64,000 nt of DNA from positions 62,001 through 126,000 of the forward strand of contig JAQGDQ010000170.1 in the NCBI GenBank assembly GCA_030141605.1. The letters run 5' to 3'. The notes below the pieces were generated by a model, which was not told where the DNA came from, did not search any database, and was given only the letters and a program-made list of their open reading frames with translations. How positions within the stretch are numbered: the stretch's first letter is position 1; each line of letters begins with the position of its first letter. The DNA comes from Tubiluchus corallicola. Lineage: Eukaryota; Animalia; Priapulida. The translations under genes and the position numbers were made by a program. Shown here one piece after another: positions 1 to 13,560 of this stretch.

Positions 1-260
1 TCAAAATTCTGTATGGTAAATTGTGCTTATTGGCTGCATGATATTTCGTATTTTTTTCTTTTAATGATAAACAACGTATGTAGCTGCAGTGCTGAAGTAT
101 TCGACAATTTTAGTTTCGAATCGAATTCCAATTCGAACATCCGATGTTCATGCGTATACTAGCAGTATATTATGATTTGGTACTGCACAAGGCATTGTAT
201 ATAGCAATGGCTGAAAAAGAAGTGCGCCTTCAAAGGGTAAAAGTTAATTGTTCTTTACAG

Positions 261-521
261 GTATTAATGAATCATGGGTCATCGTACCACTATTACACAC
301 TCATGATGTGTTGCGTCTGTCTTTCCATGGTTCTTCAAATCGTATGCGGCACATTGTCTGCTTATATAGCCTCAATTGACATGTACAAGCAGAAGAATCA
401 AGTAAAGATGCAAAGGTTAAACAACTTAACTTCTGTGGTAGTTTACCTTATTACTGCCTTGAATACATTCATTGGAGGTTTTGGGATGCCATACTCGGTC
501 TCGGTCTTGGATAAAAAGTAA
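261..521 (+). CDS. Ninjurin-family protein, last coding exon (earlier exons lie upstream of the window)
   Basis: Acceptor ttctttacag ends at 260. Peptide VLMNHGSSYHYYTLMMCCVCLSMVLQIVCG...RLNNLTSVVVYLITALNTFIGGFG has the two-TM ninjurin pattern (SxxLQ in TM1; LNN...NxFIxxFG in TM2). Stop TAA ends at 521. Confidence 0.85.
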   Translation, partial: VLMNHGSSYHYYTLMMCCVCLSMVLQIVCGTLSAYIASIDMYKQKNQVKMQRLNNLTSVVVYLITALNTFIGGFGMPYSVSVLDKK

Positions 522-2099
522 TTCACAATTTTTTGTTTTTAAGCTGTTCTGTCTTTTTTTTAAATTGGATGATAAAGAAAAAAGTACCTTTATATTGTCT
601 TTGTTGATTTTTAACTTTTGTTGACTTTTTATTCAGTTTACATTGTGTACTGAGTCACTATTCCTCAGCACAATTACACAACATTATGAAATAATACAAA
701 TGTGTTGATATTTTCGACGAAAGTGTGTTCTACTTTGCAGATGTAGTTTTCAGCTAGGAACTGTATACACTCGATTGCAGTACTGCATTGTAACTTCTAG
801 TCAGCGATGGCATACACTACAGCTTAATAAAGAAATGATTATTATTTTTAATTCTGTAAAACAGTAGGGGCCGAGCATAGCATTTACAGCTAGATCAGTA
901 GAACGTTTGAGTCAAATTAAACTCCTATTATTACGTCAGTTTAATTGCATGATGATTGAAACAATGTTTGCCACAATTATTAGTTTCTGCATCTTTGAAA
1001 TGTATCAGTTTTAGCAGATATATAAAATTAACGATCTTTAAAATTGAATGGTAAAAATCTTCAAGGCATCAGATGTTTCAGAAATATTTTTTGTCAAGAA
1101 CACAATGTGTGGATATAATTCATGGTGGTGTTATAAGCATCGGCTGAAACATATGTATCCTACTATAGGTCATATGACTGATTCACATTAAATTAAGAGT
1201 CAATGGTAACGGTTTCACAAAAATTTATTTCGTTTGTCTCTTTCATATTTTTTCAATTAATTTGCTTATAATCCTCATCCCTTTTCAAGTATAAATATTT
1301 TTCCTTATTAGTGCGGCAGAAAGCAGGTCAATAACAACAATATTTATTTTTTTGCTTCCATTTTCCGAATTTGGATTAAGAAACGTAAATTGTGTTAACC
1401 TAATCGCATTCAAATGTGGAGCCACCAGTCGCTGCACTATGCTGTCTCTAAACGTCGGCCACGAAGAAAAAGCAGCTATCGGCGCAAGAAGATTTCTTTC
1501 ACTGCTAAGTTAATTGTTGCCTGAAGAAGACGGAAAGGCGAGAACGCGGACTTGAAGTTCAAAAACTGAGAAATAAGAATTCAAAATTAAATTATTAGCA
1601 CAAAAGTGATACAAAAATAAGGTTTTAATATGAGAGTCTAGGGAAAAGCAGCTAACGTGACGAAGAGTAATACTAGTAGCGAGTTTTACTAGTGTGACTG
1701 GTGGGTACCGGCCTGAGTACTTCGAAATTATTCTCATCAACTTACCGAGTTCACTTTTCTTTAGCCTGAATTAGCTAGAGATTAGCCTTATGCATTTATT
1801 AAAAGTTACTAATTAAGGTATTTATTATTAGTATGAGTTATTAAAGGTTTTTGATCCTGAGAGGGCATTTTGGCCTCGTTGTTTGAATGAGAGTAATGAC
1901 ACCTCATACCGGCAAAGTTGTATGCACATTGGATAATTTCGGTTGTTAGTTAAACACATTTATCACTTAGGTGATTCCTCGCTTCAGATTATTTTTGTTT
2001 GTCTTCTGTTGATGTTGTCACACATGGGATTGCCTTGATCTGTCACTGGATAAAAACTCTTACAGATTCCTTTTACAGTTTTAATGTGTTAAAATCTTG

Positions 2100-2990
2100 T
2101 TGGAAAAATCGTTATGGAGACCCATCAAGAGCGGAGTGCCACGGGGAGGTGTATTAGGGCCTATGCTGTTCCTAATGTGCATCATCAATTTACACAAGCA
2201 TTGTAAATTCATCAGTGAAAATATATGTAGATGACACAAAAGTGCTGAAGTCAGATATGGACTACCATAGACAGCAAAGTGGCATAAACTTAGTAGACAC
2301 GTGTTCAGTGTTCACATACTTGACAAATGCCTTTCACCGTGGAAAAGTGTAAGATCCTACATATGGGAAAGATAATGTAAGTCACGGCTACAACATGCGC
2401 AACAATACAAATCTATCCTTTCCAGTAACAGCACTGACAAAACACAATGACCTGGGTATCGTAATCGACCAATTTCTCACATTCGATGAACACATTGATG
2501 AAATCCTAAAGGAGCTAAGAAATGATTAACGATGATAAGGCGCTCTTTTCCCTTGTTGACAGACAGATATGTTGGATATTTTATACGAAATATTCATAAG
2601 ACCAATTCTGGACGATGGTGATGTAGTTTGGTGTCCATCCACACTTTAGACAGTACGTCATGTTGAATCTGTTCTATGTATGGTCCCCAAGTCATTACTG
2701 CCAATTAAAGATCTTTCATGTGCAGGGATTGAAGCTATCATCCCCGTGTTTTAGAAGAAAAAAACCAAATCATGATGTATCGTATCTACAACAACCATAC
2801 AAGGGTCTATAGCAGAAAATATTTCCTAACAAATCCACGTGGAGCGGGGGATGTAAGATCACAAAGCCCAGTTGCCGAGCGGATTCATCTTCAGAGTGAC
2901 CAATGACTAGAATGCCCTCACTACATATGAAGCATCACATCAGTTCAAGAAGAAATAGGACATGTTCTTGGGACCATTCAACGCAGTTCC
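2100..2990 (+). mobile_element. Degenerate LINE (CR1/L2-like) reverse-transcriptase remnant
   Basis: Broken-frame motifs YVDDTKV (about 2224), EKCKILHMG, DLGIVID and IRPILDDGDVVWCP, with stops and frameshifts. Boundaries approximate. Confidence 0.7.
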
Positions 2991-3563
2991 GCAATCCGTT
3001 CCAGCCTGAGTGCTAAGCGTCTTTTAGTAATTCAGCCCTTCTGTAATTTATCATTTCCAACTTTCCAGTTAACTACGTTAACTGACTTCACCACACCATA
3101 ACAACTGCAATTGACTGGCACTTCCACCAGAGAAACCACCTTGAGAGAAAACGATCCTTTTAACCGCAAGAGAGGAAACGATGAAAAGAGAGAGGCATAA
3201 GGAAAGAGAAAACTATGGCAAAAAGCCCTACTATGGGTAAAACCTTGAGGTGCAAAATCGTAATCATAAATGGTTTACAGCTTTTAATCTCCTTCTTTGT
3301 TAATAAAAATAGTTTTAGTATAGCCACCATGACTGAAATTTTTTAGTTTGCTTAAACATAATTTTTCTACTTAATAATATATGATAAAGTTTTTAAAGCA
3401 CAATCTAGGATTGACACCTGAACCAAGATCTACCCTTTTCCCATTAGTTTCTGTATTATTGCTGTTATAATTCTCAGCCTTTATTAATCACCTTTTTTTG
3501 CCTTTTTCCTAACTCCATAATTTTTTATGGAGTGGAGTGTGGAACTACGGTTGCCAATATTAA

Positions 3564-4242
3564 AGGACAAGGAAAGGGGTACCTGAAGTAGGTTTCAGAA
3601 AAATCGCTTTAAAAAACTATATTACTTTATAGAAAATTTATGCGTATATCTTACTCGCACTGAAAGGAATTTTAGTTTGTTTTCATTTTAAATCTCCCGC
3701 AATACTGTTCCGAAATCGCCATTACATGACGTAATGTACCAAACGTAAATCAAGGGAAGAAAAGGCAATGTTAAATTATATCTCAAAAGACTTTCCGTGC
3801 AAATCTATATTACTTAGATTTTCGCTTACCTGCTAGAAAGACTTGTGTAACTAGAAAAGAAAATTATTAATTATTTAAATATTTTCACCAGTTGGTATAA
3901 TGTCGCTGACTCCCCAGGGTGTGCCACTGACTAACCAAAAAATGTTTTTTTAATCTTATTGACAAGATACAGTAATTTTAAATTTTATTTAGTTAGTGAC
4001 TTGTGCACTATGAATGCTCTGATTATTTTTTCAAACTTTACAAAATGTTATCTAAATTTGTTTCAAATGACCTGTTGTGAAAACGGCTGCGTCTAACGGT
4101 CATCGCGGGAGTTTAAATTTATATGTTTTATACAGCGTGACTGCCGATTGAAGTACGGCATGCAAAGAGGTGGTATGTAAGTGATATAAAATTTCAAAAC
4201 GAATTTTTTAAGCTGTATGTTTATGAAGGGTTCTCTTGTGCT
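3564..4242. mobile_element. Non-autonomous DNA transposon, Kolobok-like family B (related copies about 9470-10581 and 16628-16955)
   Basis: ttaa|AGGACAAGGAAA ... TTCTCTTGTGCT|tta, with AG..CT termini and TTAA-type flanks. The internal motif 'gctgcgtctaacggtcatcgcgggagtttaaattt' recurs at about 10425 and 16656. Confidence 0.6.
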
Positions 4243-4888
4243 TTATCTTGTTAAAACTTACCTTACTCCTTATGCATAAGGCTAACTGTAGAACTGCATT
4301 GAAATGTACAAGTACCAGTGATGGACAATTAATAGATTAATCGAGATTAGAATCATGTATAAATTGATACAATTGACAATTGAACAATAACTCACTTTAT
4401 TGAGAGCAAAATACACATGTTACACCCTGACTAAAAGACAGTGTTTTAGCTTATGTAAACAGAATTGTTGCATTTTTCTTCGTTTTTCTCACCTTACACA
4501 ATGCGCACAATTGTAAACCACAGTGTGCATACTGGGGCTTCTTATTCATTTTCATGTGATGTGTGTAGTTGACACAGTAATTGAACAGTTAATCAATGTA
4601 CGTGTTTATAAAAATAGTTTGCAGGTACGAAATAGGCAGACAGTGACGAAAGCCATGAAGAAGTTTATAGGCTATATTTCAGTGCTGAAATTTTCGAAAA
4701 ATTTTGACTAAAACATTGAAAAATTGCGGCAAAAGATTAATCGTGATGTAGAATTACAAGAACAAGATTGTAATCGAATTAGAAAATTTCAAAATCGTCC
4801 ATCCTCCGTACAATTATGTTTTATGGAATTTAGGTAATTCGATGCCGTGTGATCCCACTTTTGTTGATTTAAACGCAGTTCAACTCAT

Positions 4889-7800
4889 ATGGGGGTCATG
4901 GATGAACAGAACAGGTCACGAGATGCAGAGATGAAGGATAAAATTAATCAGAAATTGGTAGAGACTGGGGAGAAAGAAAAGTAAGTGTCGATTTTTAGCT
5001 TTGATTTTTACATGTGTTGCTTGCAAACAAAAACAGTTCATAAGTTGGCATAGTTAAATCTACGTTATGTTGCTTCAAAGTAGAATGTACCGAAAGTTTG
5101 ATCAAACGTCAATTTTTTGCTTTTTATAAAAACAAATGCTAAACGTATTGAACTTTTTATGTTCTAGCATCAAATTATCAAGAAAGTGTTCAAAAAATAC
5201 TAAAAATCTAATTTTATAAACCCCGTACTCATTTTTCTGGCTAAAAACTAGTACTACAACTGAGAAAAACTAGTATTTTGAAACTCCGATAGTATCTCGT
5301 GGAAGCAGTCATTTTGCTTTGGGTTTTTTCTGTTTATAAGCCCAGCTCTTCAGCGGGAAGGGCCATCTTCTGGCGTCAAACATAACTTCAGTGTGTTCTT
5401 GCAAAGTTCATAGCAACCAACATTTGTGCGATTGCTAAGTGTTTTGTAGAAACGTGACAAAAAAACAATGGCTGACTTTATTAGTGATTTTCCCAAGGTT
5501 ATGTTTTTCAGTGTGCAGCCTGTATCTCAACATCAATGTAGATTATCTCAGCTTAGAAATAACATAGAGCGATGAACTTGGTATCAAAATGATCCTCATG
5601 AAATGGAAATTTGGGATATGTGAATAAGTAGAAATGCGAAATTGCCGACTTCTGGACAATTTTGCTACTTAAGCAAACGTATATGTAGTTATATTGCGCA
5701 GGGAGATTTTTCTCTCTAGGGCGCATGACGTTCTGTGTTAGTTTTTATAATAAACTATTAAAGTTTCTTATCTAAAGTTTTTTACATTCTATTCTCAAAA
5801 ATCACATGTATGTCCTTGTTTTTTAGGCTGAAGCAGATTTTGCGAGCTCAGTTAATTGAGTGTGGGTGGAGAGACGAATTAAAAGCACATGCAAAACGTG
5901 AGTACGTCGTCATAGACATGCACCATACCGTATGCTGTATCGATGTATCGTGACAGCTTTTGTCACAATACGTGTATGGTCACAATGCACCAGTATTGCG
6001 ATGATGTGAATCATTAATATTTAGCACACGGTTGACCGCTCGCTGATGAAAACAATGTGAAATAATTCAAGCTACAGCTGTAGAGTAACAATCAGTGCAG
6101 TGAGTTCAGCATATATAGGTAGGTTGACCTTGACACAGGCAGACCTGCTGCTAACAGCCAGCTAAAGTGAAGCGGTTGAAAGCGCAATGTGTTTATGATG
6201 GTATATACTAGGCTAATTACGTTGCTGCTTATAAGTTCCTGAAATGGCTTGCAGCAAATGTGAACTAGAAAATGCACCAGCATATTTTAAATCAAAAAGT
6301 GTTGAAATGTTTTCTATTTCTGCTGGCTTGCTCTGCAAATGATACAAGAGTATAAACAGAAGTCGAACAGTTTGCTGAATTATTTTAGCACTTACCAATT
6401 TTAAAATTGTTTGATAAATCTAATATATACATATAATATATCAACAGCTTATTCTAGTTTTTTATTAAAACCTGCAGCCCATTAAAACCTTATTAAAACC
6501 GTCAACACTAATTATTACGTATCCACAGTTCATTCTACAGCTGTAGCTTGAATTGTTTCGCACTGTGCTGAACATCAATGATTCAGATTATCGTGATCCT
6601 GGTTCCCTTTGACGATACACGTATCGTCACGAACGGCATCACGACGCATCGATGTACCGTTACAGGCTGTCAAGGTAGGAGAATTTGCTGTATGGGAGTG
6701 GTCAACAAATACGCCTAATATTTAATTTAACAGTGGCATAATTAAAATAAATGTAGGTGCTGGTTTAGAAAATTTTTAGCCATTGTTTTAATTCTGTGTA
6801 AAACGAAACAAACACATGTAATTTTAATGTTGTAATTTGTAATTGCAATTTTAAACAAGCAAACATAAGAAGATTTATAGGTAAACTTCTTGTTGCTTAT
6901 CTGGCTAAGATATTTGAAGATTAGGTGTTGAATCGACTGCAACATCCTCTAACTATGAAAACTTAAGTTGTTGGAATTCACTTAGTCACGGAATTTATTT
7001 CTTGGGGATGCAAGGCAGCCACAATTAAATTATTTACATTCTAAGCACACTTTACACGGTAACCACATGACAACATACTGTGGGAGTGACAGTACTTTCT
7101 TTACCAAGCAGCAGACGCTAGCAGTGCAGCGTACAGTGCACAGAGTTTTATCTCAGACATGTGCAAATGGCTGTATGTGCACAACAGCTGAACACCACTG
7201 TGCTGGGCTGTGAAGCAAACAGTAATACCCTCACTTGCTCTGGTTCCATACAAGTATAAAGAAAGGACTAAAGAAAAAAGACTTGTTATATTGAACATTA
7301 TCAATAATATTGAGTGAAAATAGGGGGGTGTTGCAGTTCCACAGTACCAATACACGAGCCGCCACTGCAGTTTAACTTGAAACCTTTAGCTAACCTAATG
7401 TGAGGTATTTTTTGTTACAAATGCCATGAGAAATTGTTCAGTTGCATTACTAATGCAGATAAATTTTCGATAAAATTCATTCGAAATTGTTCGTTTACGT
7501 GTACAACATGGACATGTATGCTGTGTATTAACTGTAGTTATAACAAATTTATGCATAACCTGCTTATAGCCTATCAAAAGGCCTGTCAGAAGATTGAGCA
7601 AGTTCATAATGTAATTTTAATCTTTTGTGCTGTAACTGCAAAATGGTGTGACTGTCTAGAAAAAAATATTATTTGAATTAAAAATTGTAAGCCAAACGTT
7701 TAACGTTGCTTGAATGAGCGAATTTTGATTTGTTGAATTTGACTTGAATTCTGGGTACCAGGAATCAAAGTCAAGACAAATGTGGCATGGGTCATTTACT

Positions 7801-10788
7801 TCGAATCTTCCTCTATAATGTATGACTTTCGCATTGTTACACGTGTTGCTTGCAAACCAAAATCATCCATAAGTCGGCAAAGTTAAAACTACGTTATCAT
7901 GCTTCAAAATAGAATGCACCAAAAATTTGGTCAAATGTCAATCGTTTCATTTTTTACAAAAACAAATCCTAAATATATTGGACTCTAATATTCTAGCATC
8001 AAATTGTCAAGAAAATGTTGAAAAAATAGGCTAAAAATGTTTTTATAACCACGTACTCACTTTTATGTCTAGAAACTACTACAGTGATTGTAAAAAACTC
8101 GTATTTTCAAACTTTTATTGTGGCTCGTGGAAGTAATCATTTTGCTTCGGGGTTTTTTTTCCTGTTACCAAGTCCAGATTTTCATCAGGAAGAGTCATCT
8201 ACTGGATTTAAACATAACATCATGTGCTCTTGCACAGCCCGTAGCAACTGACATTTGTGCAGTTGCAAAGTGGCCTGCAGAAACGTGACAAAAACAATGG
8301 CCGACTTTAACAGTGATTTGATTCAAGGTTATGAGTTTTAGTGCGTACCCTGCACCTCAACTTCAACGTGGATTATCTCAGCTTAGAAATAACGTAGAGT
8401 GATGAACTTGGTATCAAAATGATCCTCATGAAATAGAGATTCCGCGGTGTGTGAATGATTAGAAAATTTAATGCCGACTTATGCTGTGCAATCACACACA
8501 TAGCATTGATCAAGCAATATTGTGCATGTTAGTCGTAAGTGTATTTTGTAAAAATTTAAAATATGTTTTAGAGATTGTAAAGGACAGAGGTGTCGAAAAT
8601 GTGACCGTTGACGATTTGATAGCCGAGATTACACCCAAAGCCAGAGGTAATACAGTAGAGTCTGCAACAGTGCAAATTATTCATTATAACGTTTCATCTA
8701 TTTGTCTCTGTTAAGTAAATTTCTAATGAGACGTAAGTAGAGCCCAGAGCTGTGCCGTTTCAGCTGAGCTCCAGCCAGTTTAGTTCTAGAGTCGACCTAG
8801 CCGATAAGAAACCCAACTTCAGTCGTGCTAGCCGCTCATTGATGAGAATCGAGATAGCTGACATTTTACCGGCTGCGAAGATTTTTGCCTTCGGCTGAGC
8901 CAGCTGATTTACTGTGTGAGTCAGCTGATGTGGTAGCAACTGACTCAGCTTCAGCAGAGCTAGCTGATTTATTGAGTGAGTTAGCTGATGTGGTAGCAAC
9001 TGACTCAGCTTCAGCCGAGCTTGCTGATTTATTGAGTGAGTCAGCTGATGTGGTAGCAACTGACTCAGCTTCAGCCTAGCTAGCTGATTTACTGTGTGAG
9101 TCAGCTGATGTGGTAGCAACTGACTCAGCTTCAGCAGAGCTAGCTGATTTATTGAGTGAGTCAGCTGATGTGGTAGCAACTGACTCAGCTTCAGCCGAGC
9201 TAGCTAATTTACTGTGTGAGTCAGCTGATGTGGTAGCAACTGACTCAGCTTCAGCCGAACTGGCTGATCTACTGTGTGAGTCAGCTGATGTGGTAGCAAC
9301 TGACTCAGCTTCAGCCGAGCTGGCTAATTTACTGTGTGAGTCAGCTGATGTGGTAGCAACTGACTCAGCTTCAATCTCTAATCATAAGTGATTAGAGCGG
9401 TATCATCTGATGTTGTCTGGTGGTGGTCCCAGAACTGTAAGAAGTGATTCAAATTCTAAGGATTGCTATCGAATTCATACGTCACCCGTGTTGAAAGGGA
9501 AGACAAGGCAATTTTAAAGAATGTCCCAAAAAATTTTCCGTACAAAGTTACGTTACTTAGCATCATGCATACCTGCTTGAAAGACTTAAGTAACTAGAAA
9601 AAATTCTTAGTAATTTAAAGCAAAACCGGACCCATTCTTAAACTGTAGGTCAAAACAATCTACTCTTTAAAATATTGAAAAGAAACATATTATTTTTTCA
9701 AAAATGACTTACGTGAATGAATTACCATGCAATCACAATTTCACGTTCATGCCACTAGTTCTTCATTGTTACATGCATTTTGCCATTCGCTAGTTAGACT
9801 GGCAGTAGCGTCTGCATTTCGGAAAGACGTTGCACAAAAACAGGTGCTGTACCTTTCAGTTTGGATGTGTTAGTGTGTGACGAACTACATGTGTTCGACA
9901 GCTCATGTGTGAGCACAGTGGTAAATTTGAACTTTGAGTTTTTATTTTAAAACTTGCCTATCTTTAGTACAACCCACTGAATATCTTACAGTAGCACTAT
10001 ATTCGATTTTCGCTTTTGCAAACACGTGCAACACGCTCGTGGAATATTTTTACTGTTGAACATTATGTTAGTTTGTGATGTCATCAATAGTTGGACTTGG
10101 CTAATTAAGGTTTTTAATCTATAATTTAATTATCAATATTAATTGTGTTAAAATGTATACGCTTTGTAGGATTTGAAAATGGAACAGTATATGAAAAATC
10201 ATCTTATCTTCCTTTAAAATGTTCATGCCAACCGGAAAATGTCACTAATTACAATCCCAGAGTGCATCACCGACTCACAAAAAACACATCTTGTTGACAA
10301 TTCAGCAAGTTAAATACTTTTGCTTAGTTAGTGAAGTATGTGCTACAAATGCTCTCATAATTTTTTTTTAAACTTACAAACGCAATGTCATCTAAATTTC
10401 TTTCAAACGACCTACATTCAAAGTTGCTGCATCTAACGGTCTTGTCGGGAGTTTAAATTTTCATGTTTTATATAGCATTACTGCAAATACTTTTTGTGTA
10501 GTAAGATAGTATGTAGGTGAAACAAAATTTTCAGATGAATTTCTTTTGTAGTTTTCCGTAAATAAAGGGTTTCCTTGTGCTTTAAACTTACAAATTGCCT
10601 AAGAACAGTTTGTTTCGTCCAAATATGGTGCAGTGTTCATTTTTAATCTTCTGCATTTCGTCTTGTATAAATACAATTGTAAACATTTTTGTATCCGTCT
10701 ATTTTCAGAAACTGTTCCAGATTCTGTGAAGAGAGATCTGTTACAAAGAATCAAATCATTTTTGCAAAGTGTTGATGTGGACGAATGA
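4889..10788 (+). CDS. ENY2: ENY2 / Sus1 (SAGA DUB module and TREX-2 subunit); exons 4889-4980, 5827-5897, 8572-8646, 10709-10788
   Basis: Canonical GT-AG splicing with consistent phases gives [105 protein letters not shown], the typical ENY2 sequence. The start could be the ATG at 4889 or at 4898. Confidence 0.96.
5013..5680 (+). mobile_element. About 650-bp MITE family A, copy 1
   Basis: Begins tgtgttgcttgcaaac...cataagt and shares the internal motif 'gatgaacttggtatcaaaatgatcctcatgaaat' with the other copies. Confidence 0.8.
5930..6670. mobile_element. Degenerate inverted-repeat element(s) in ENY2 intron 2
   Basis: aataattcaagctacagctgtaga (6061) is inverted with tctacagctgtagcttgaattgtt (6534). 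The outer arms are rich in atcgat/gatac motifs. Confidence 0.45.
7843..8500 (+). mobile_element. MITE family A, copy 2
   Basis: Colinear with 5013-5680. Confidence 0.8.
8889..9373. repeat. 60-bp minisatellite, about 8 copies, in ENY2 intron 3
   Basis: Unit tgactcagcttcagcMgagctagctgatttaYtgWgtgagtcagctgatgtggtagcaac repeats in exact 60-nt register from 8941 to 9360. Confidence 0.97.
9619..10213 (+). mobile_element. Kolobok-like non-autonomous element, family K (other copies 23445-24050, 34521-34994)
   Basis: TTAA at 9615-9618 and 10214-10217, AG...CT termini. Motifs 'cccattcttaa.ctgtaggtcaaaacaatct' and 'ctgcatttcggaaa' are shared by all three copies. Confidence 0.7.
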
Positions 10789-11230
10789 AATTAGGCCAAC
10801 AGTGTTTCCCCGGATTCGAACCTTGACCCTGGCTCTCAGTTTGGCACCAAACTTACTGGTGCCGCCAGTATTGTACGGATATATAAATGTGATCATGCGA
10901 ACTTGTGCTCACGTGCCTCCGAAAGTCGTCTTCCAGGTTTTTCTGGCCCTGAGAAATACTTACCGAGCTACGTAGGAAACTTGCTGCACATACAGGACAA
11001 TTTGTGTGAGCAGAGTTGATTTTAGTTAGAGTACTTTTGACCTCATTTAGCCTGGACTGACTCAGGATACATGATCAACTAGTTTTATGTTCACAGATTT
11101 TGTTGAATTAGTTATTTTGATGTTCTTGTAAATACAAGGTTGAATTTAGCAAACTATATTGAGTAACTTTTTCAGTAAGCCGATTATGTGAATTCTGTTT
11201 GTTTTCGTATGTCAATTTTGTCTCTTTCTC

Positions 11231-11373
11231 ACGATGCAGATTCAGACTAGCGAGTTTACTTACCAAGTGAGCTGGCTAAGTAACTCACAAGTGTGTTCAG
11301 AATAGAGCGAGCTTACAAGTTTGCTGTGAGAGACAAGACTCACAACAGAGAACTCGCAGTCTGAACGCATCGT
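11231..11373. mobile_element. Small inverted-repeat MITE (related end near 42400)
   Basis: acgatgcagattcagact ... agtctgaacgcatcgt; a similar end 'aactcgttggtctgaacgcgcc' occurs at about 42397-42418. Confidence 0.45.
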
Positions 11374-11545
11374 AAGTCGTTATGTGTGAAATATAAAAAA
11401 CTGCAAAACTGGAAAGATTACTTGCTGTAGCGTTTTAATATTTGTTGTCACATTTGTAATATCTGAACAGTTGTACATAAAAATATCATAATTTCTTTAA
11501 AAATCAGTCACATGATGCGTAAACAATATAATGTAATTATTATTT

Positions 11546-12139
11546 ATGTGCTTGCAATCCAGAATTGTCCATAAGTCGGCATAGTTAAAACTATGTTATG
11601 ATGCTTCAAAAGTAGAATGTACCAAAAATTTGGTCAAATGTCAATTTTTTCATTCCTTATAACAAATGCTAAATATATTGGGCTTTTATATTCTAGCGTC
11701 AAATTATAGAGAAAATATTCAATATTACTATAAATCTAATTTTGTATCATCGTACGCACTTTTCTGGCTAGAAACTAGTACTGCATTCGTAAAAAACTCC
11801 TATTTTTAAACTCCAATAGCAGCTTGTGGAAGGGTTTTTATGTTGCCAAGCCCCGTTTCTTCGTCAGGAAGAGCCGTCTACTGGATTTAAACAACTTCAA
11901 TGTGTTCTTGCAAAGTCCATAGCAAACAACATTTGTGCGGTTGCTAAGTGTTTTGTAGAAATGCGACAAAATACAATGGCAAACTTTAACAGTGATTTTC
12001 TCAAGATTATGTTTTCCAAAGTGCAGCGTGCACTTCAACTTTGACGTGGGTTGTCTCAGCCCAGAAATATCATACAGCGATGAGTTTGGTATCAAAATAA
12101 TTGCCGACTTATAGACGATTTTGCTGTGTAAGCGCACAT
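11546..12139 (+). mobile_element. MITE family A, copy 3 (internal deletions)
   Basis: Colinear with the other copies; ends atgtgcttgca ... gtaagcgcacat. Confidence 0.8.
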
Positions 12140-12771
12140 TTTTCTATTACCAACTTGCTGCACATTTGATACAGGTTTTGTGGGGTTTGTAGACATGAAG
12201 ATCACATCACGTTGAAAAGAATAGGATAGTTCCCTATTAAAAATAGTAACCAATAATAGGCATTTTAAAAATTTGTAAAAAAGTAAGGCAATGGTAATTA
12301 TCTTAACTGTAAAGTGTAAAATCATTTGTAAAAATAGTTGCCTTTTACAGAATATTCATTTCAAAGAGGTACTCGTTGTTTCTATGTCAAAATTGTCTCG
12401 TAGTACAGCTGACATCCCGGTAATACGATTTTCACGGGAACAAAATATTTTTTGTACTGAGCATGTTTCTTACTATCCATTAAGCACATTATTCCTAACA
12501 CGTATGATGTTATTTCTAATGTAAAACAGTAATTCACTAGTCTTGAAGCCTTGAATAATATGCTTCTAAAAGTCTTTAACGACATACTAGAAGTTTGGGG
12601 TGCGCATGGTTAGTATACACGCTGCAACTCGCTAACTGGTGATGGTATTAGAGGTTAAGAAAAGAGGTGAAACAAGCAAAACAAACATGGTGGGCGCGGG
12701 ATAAAAACACATTTAGATTTACAGACAGGTTAGGTGGGATGGCACGCTCATGGTAAAAACAGCAGAGAGTG

Positions 12772-13040
12772 TTAGTGCGCGGAAGTGATTTCTCTGATAT
12801 CCGGTGGAAGTTTGTTCCACAAACGTATTGCCCTGGGGTAGAAAGAGTATAAATAAATATTGACTCTTGCTGATGGCTGAATAAATGTGTTGTTATCTTT
12901 GAGAGATGGGGTGATGTAAGTTGGTAAATTTATACCTACCCTGTGATGCACTATATCATGAAAGATGTTTAGTATTGTTTGACAGCGTCTAATTTTTAGT
13001 GTTTCCCACCAGAGTTCAGAGGTCATCCTGGATACTTCAG
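12772..13040 (-). mobile_element. LINE ORF2 3' remnant
   Basis: L-W-TL--RR and YSFYPRAIRLWNKLP, the typical C-terminus of CR1/L2-group ORF2. Confidence 0.75.
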
Positions 13041-13053
13041 CATTTCCGGTGTA

Positions 13054-13560
13054 CAGTGTTCCCTCACTTATCGCGGGTGTTCCGTTCCAGGCCCACCCGT
13101 GATAAGTGAATTTCCGCGAAGTAGGTATGCTATACTTATTTTAGTAGTTATACATTATTTTAAGTCTTTATAAACCCTCCCCACACTCTTGATATAACGA
13201 ACCGTAGATTCGTTGATCCCGTAATGGCGGCCAACTGCAGCATACAATCTCCTGATTTTTGGTGTGTATTCATCCGCCGAATAAATACACTATTTACTGT
13301 AAATGGCAATTTTTTATGATTTATAATATTCTTTTAATGTTACAATTACTATTTTTAATATATTTTTATACATTTTGTGATTTTTTATGCAAAATTCATC
13401 AAATCTATACATTACTGTACAATACGTACTACGCACGTGCAAAAATACTTTTGACGGAGTACTGCAAATACCGCGATAAATATTTTGCATTAATATTTTT
13501 GAAAACCCGCAAAACAGCGAGTCCGCGATAAACGAACAGCAAAGTAGCGAGGGATCGCTG
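13054..13560. mobile_element. Tc1/mariner (Tigger/pogo-type) MITE
   Basis: ta|CAGTGTTCCCTCACTTATCGCG ... AAAGTAGCGAGGGATCGCTG|ta, with TA flanks. Confidence 0.75.

Noticed and set aside
144-260. N-terminal part of the listed 125-aa ORF
   Set aside because: Ninjurin similarity starts only after the splice acceptor at 260; the upstream part is read-through into intron.
8889-9373. CRISPR-like array or coding repeat (ORFs 8760-9391)
   Set aside because: There are no unique spacers, the whole 60-mer repeats, the context is a eukaryotic intron and no cas genes are present. The ORFs follow from a unit length divisible by 3.
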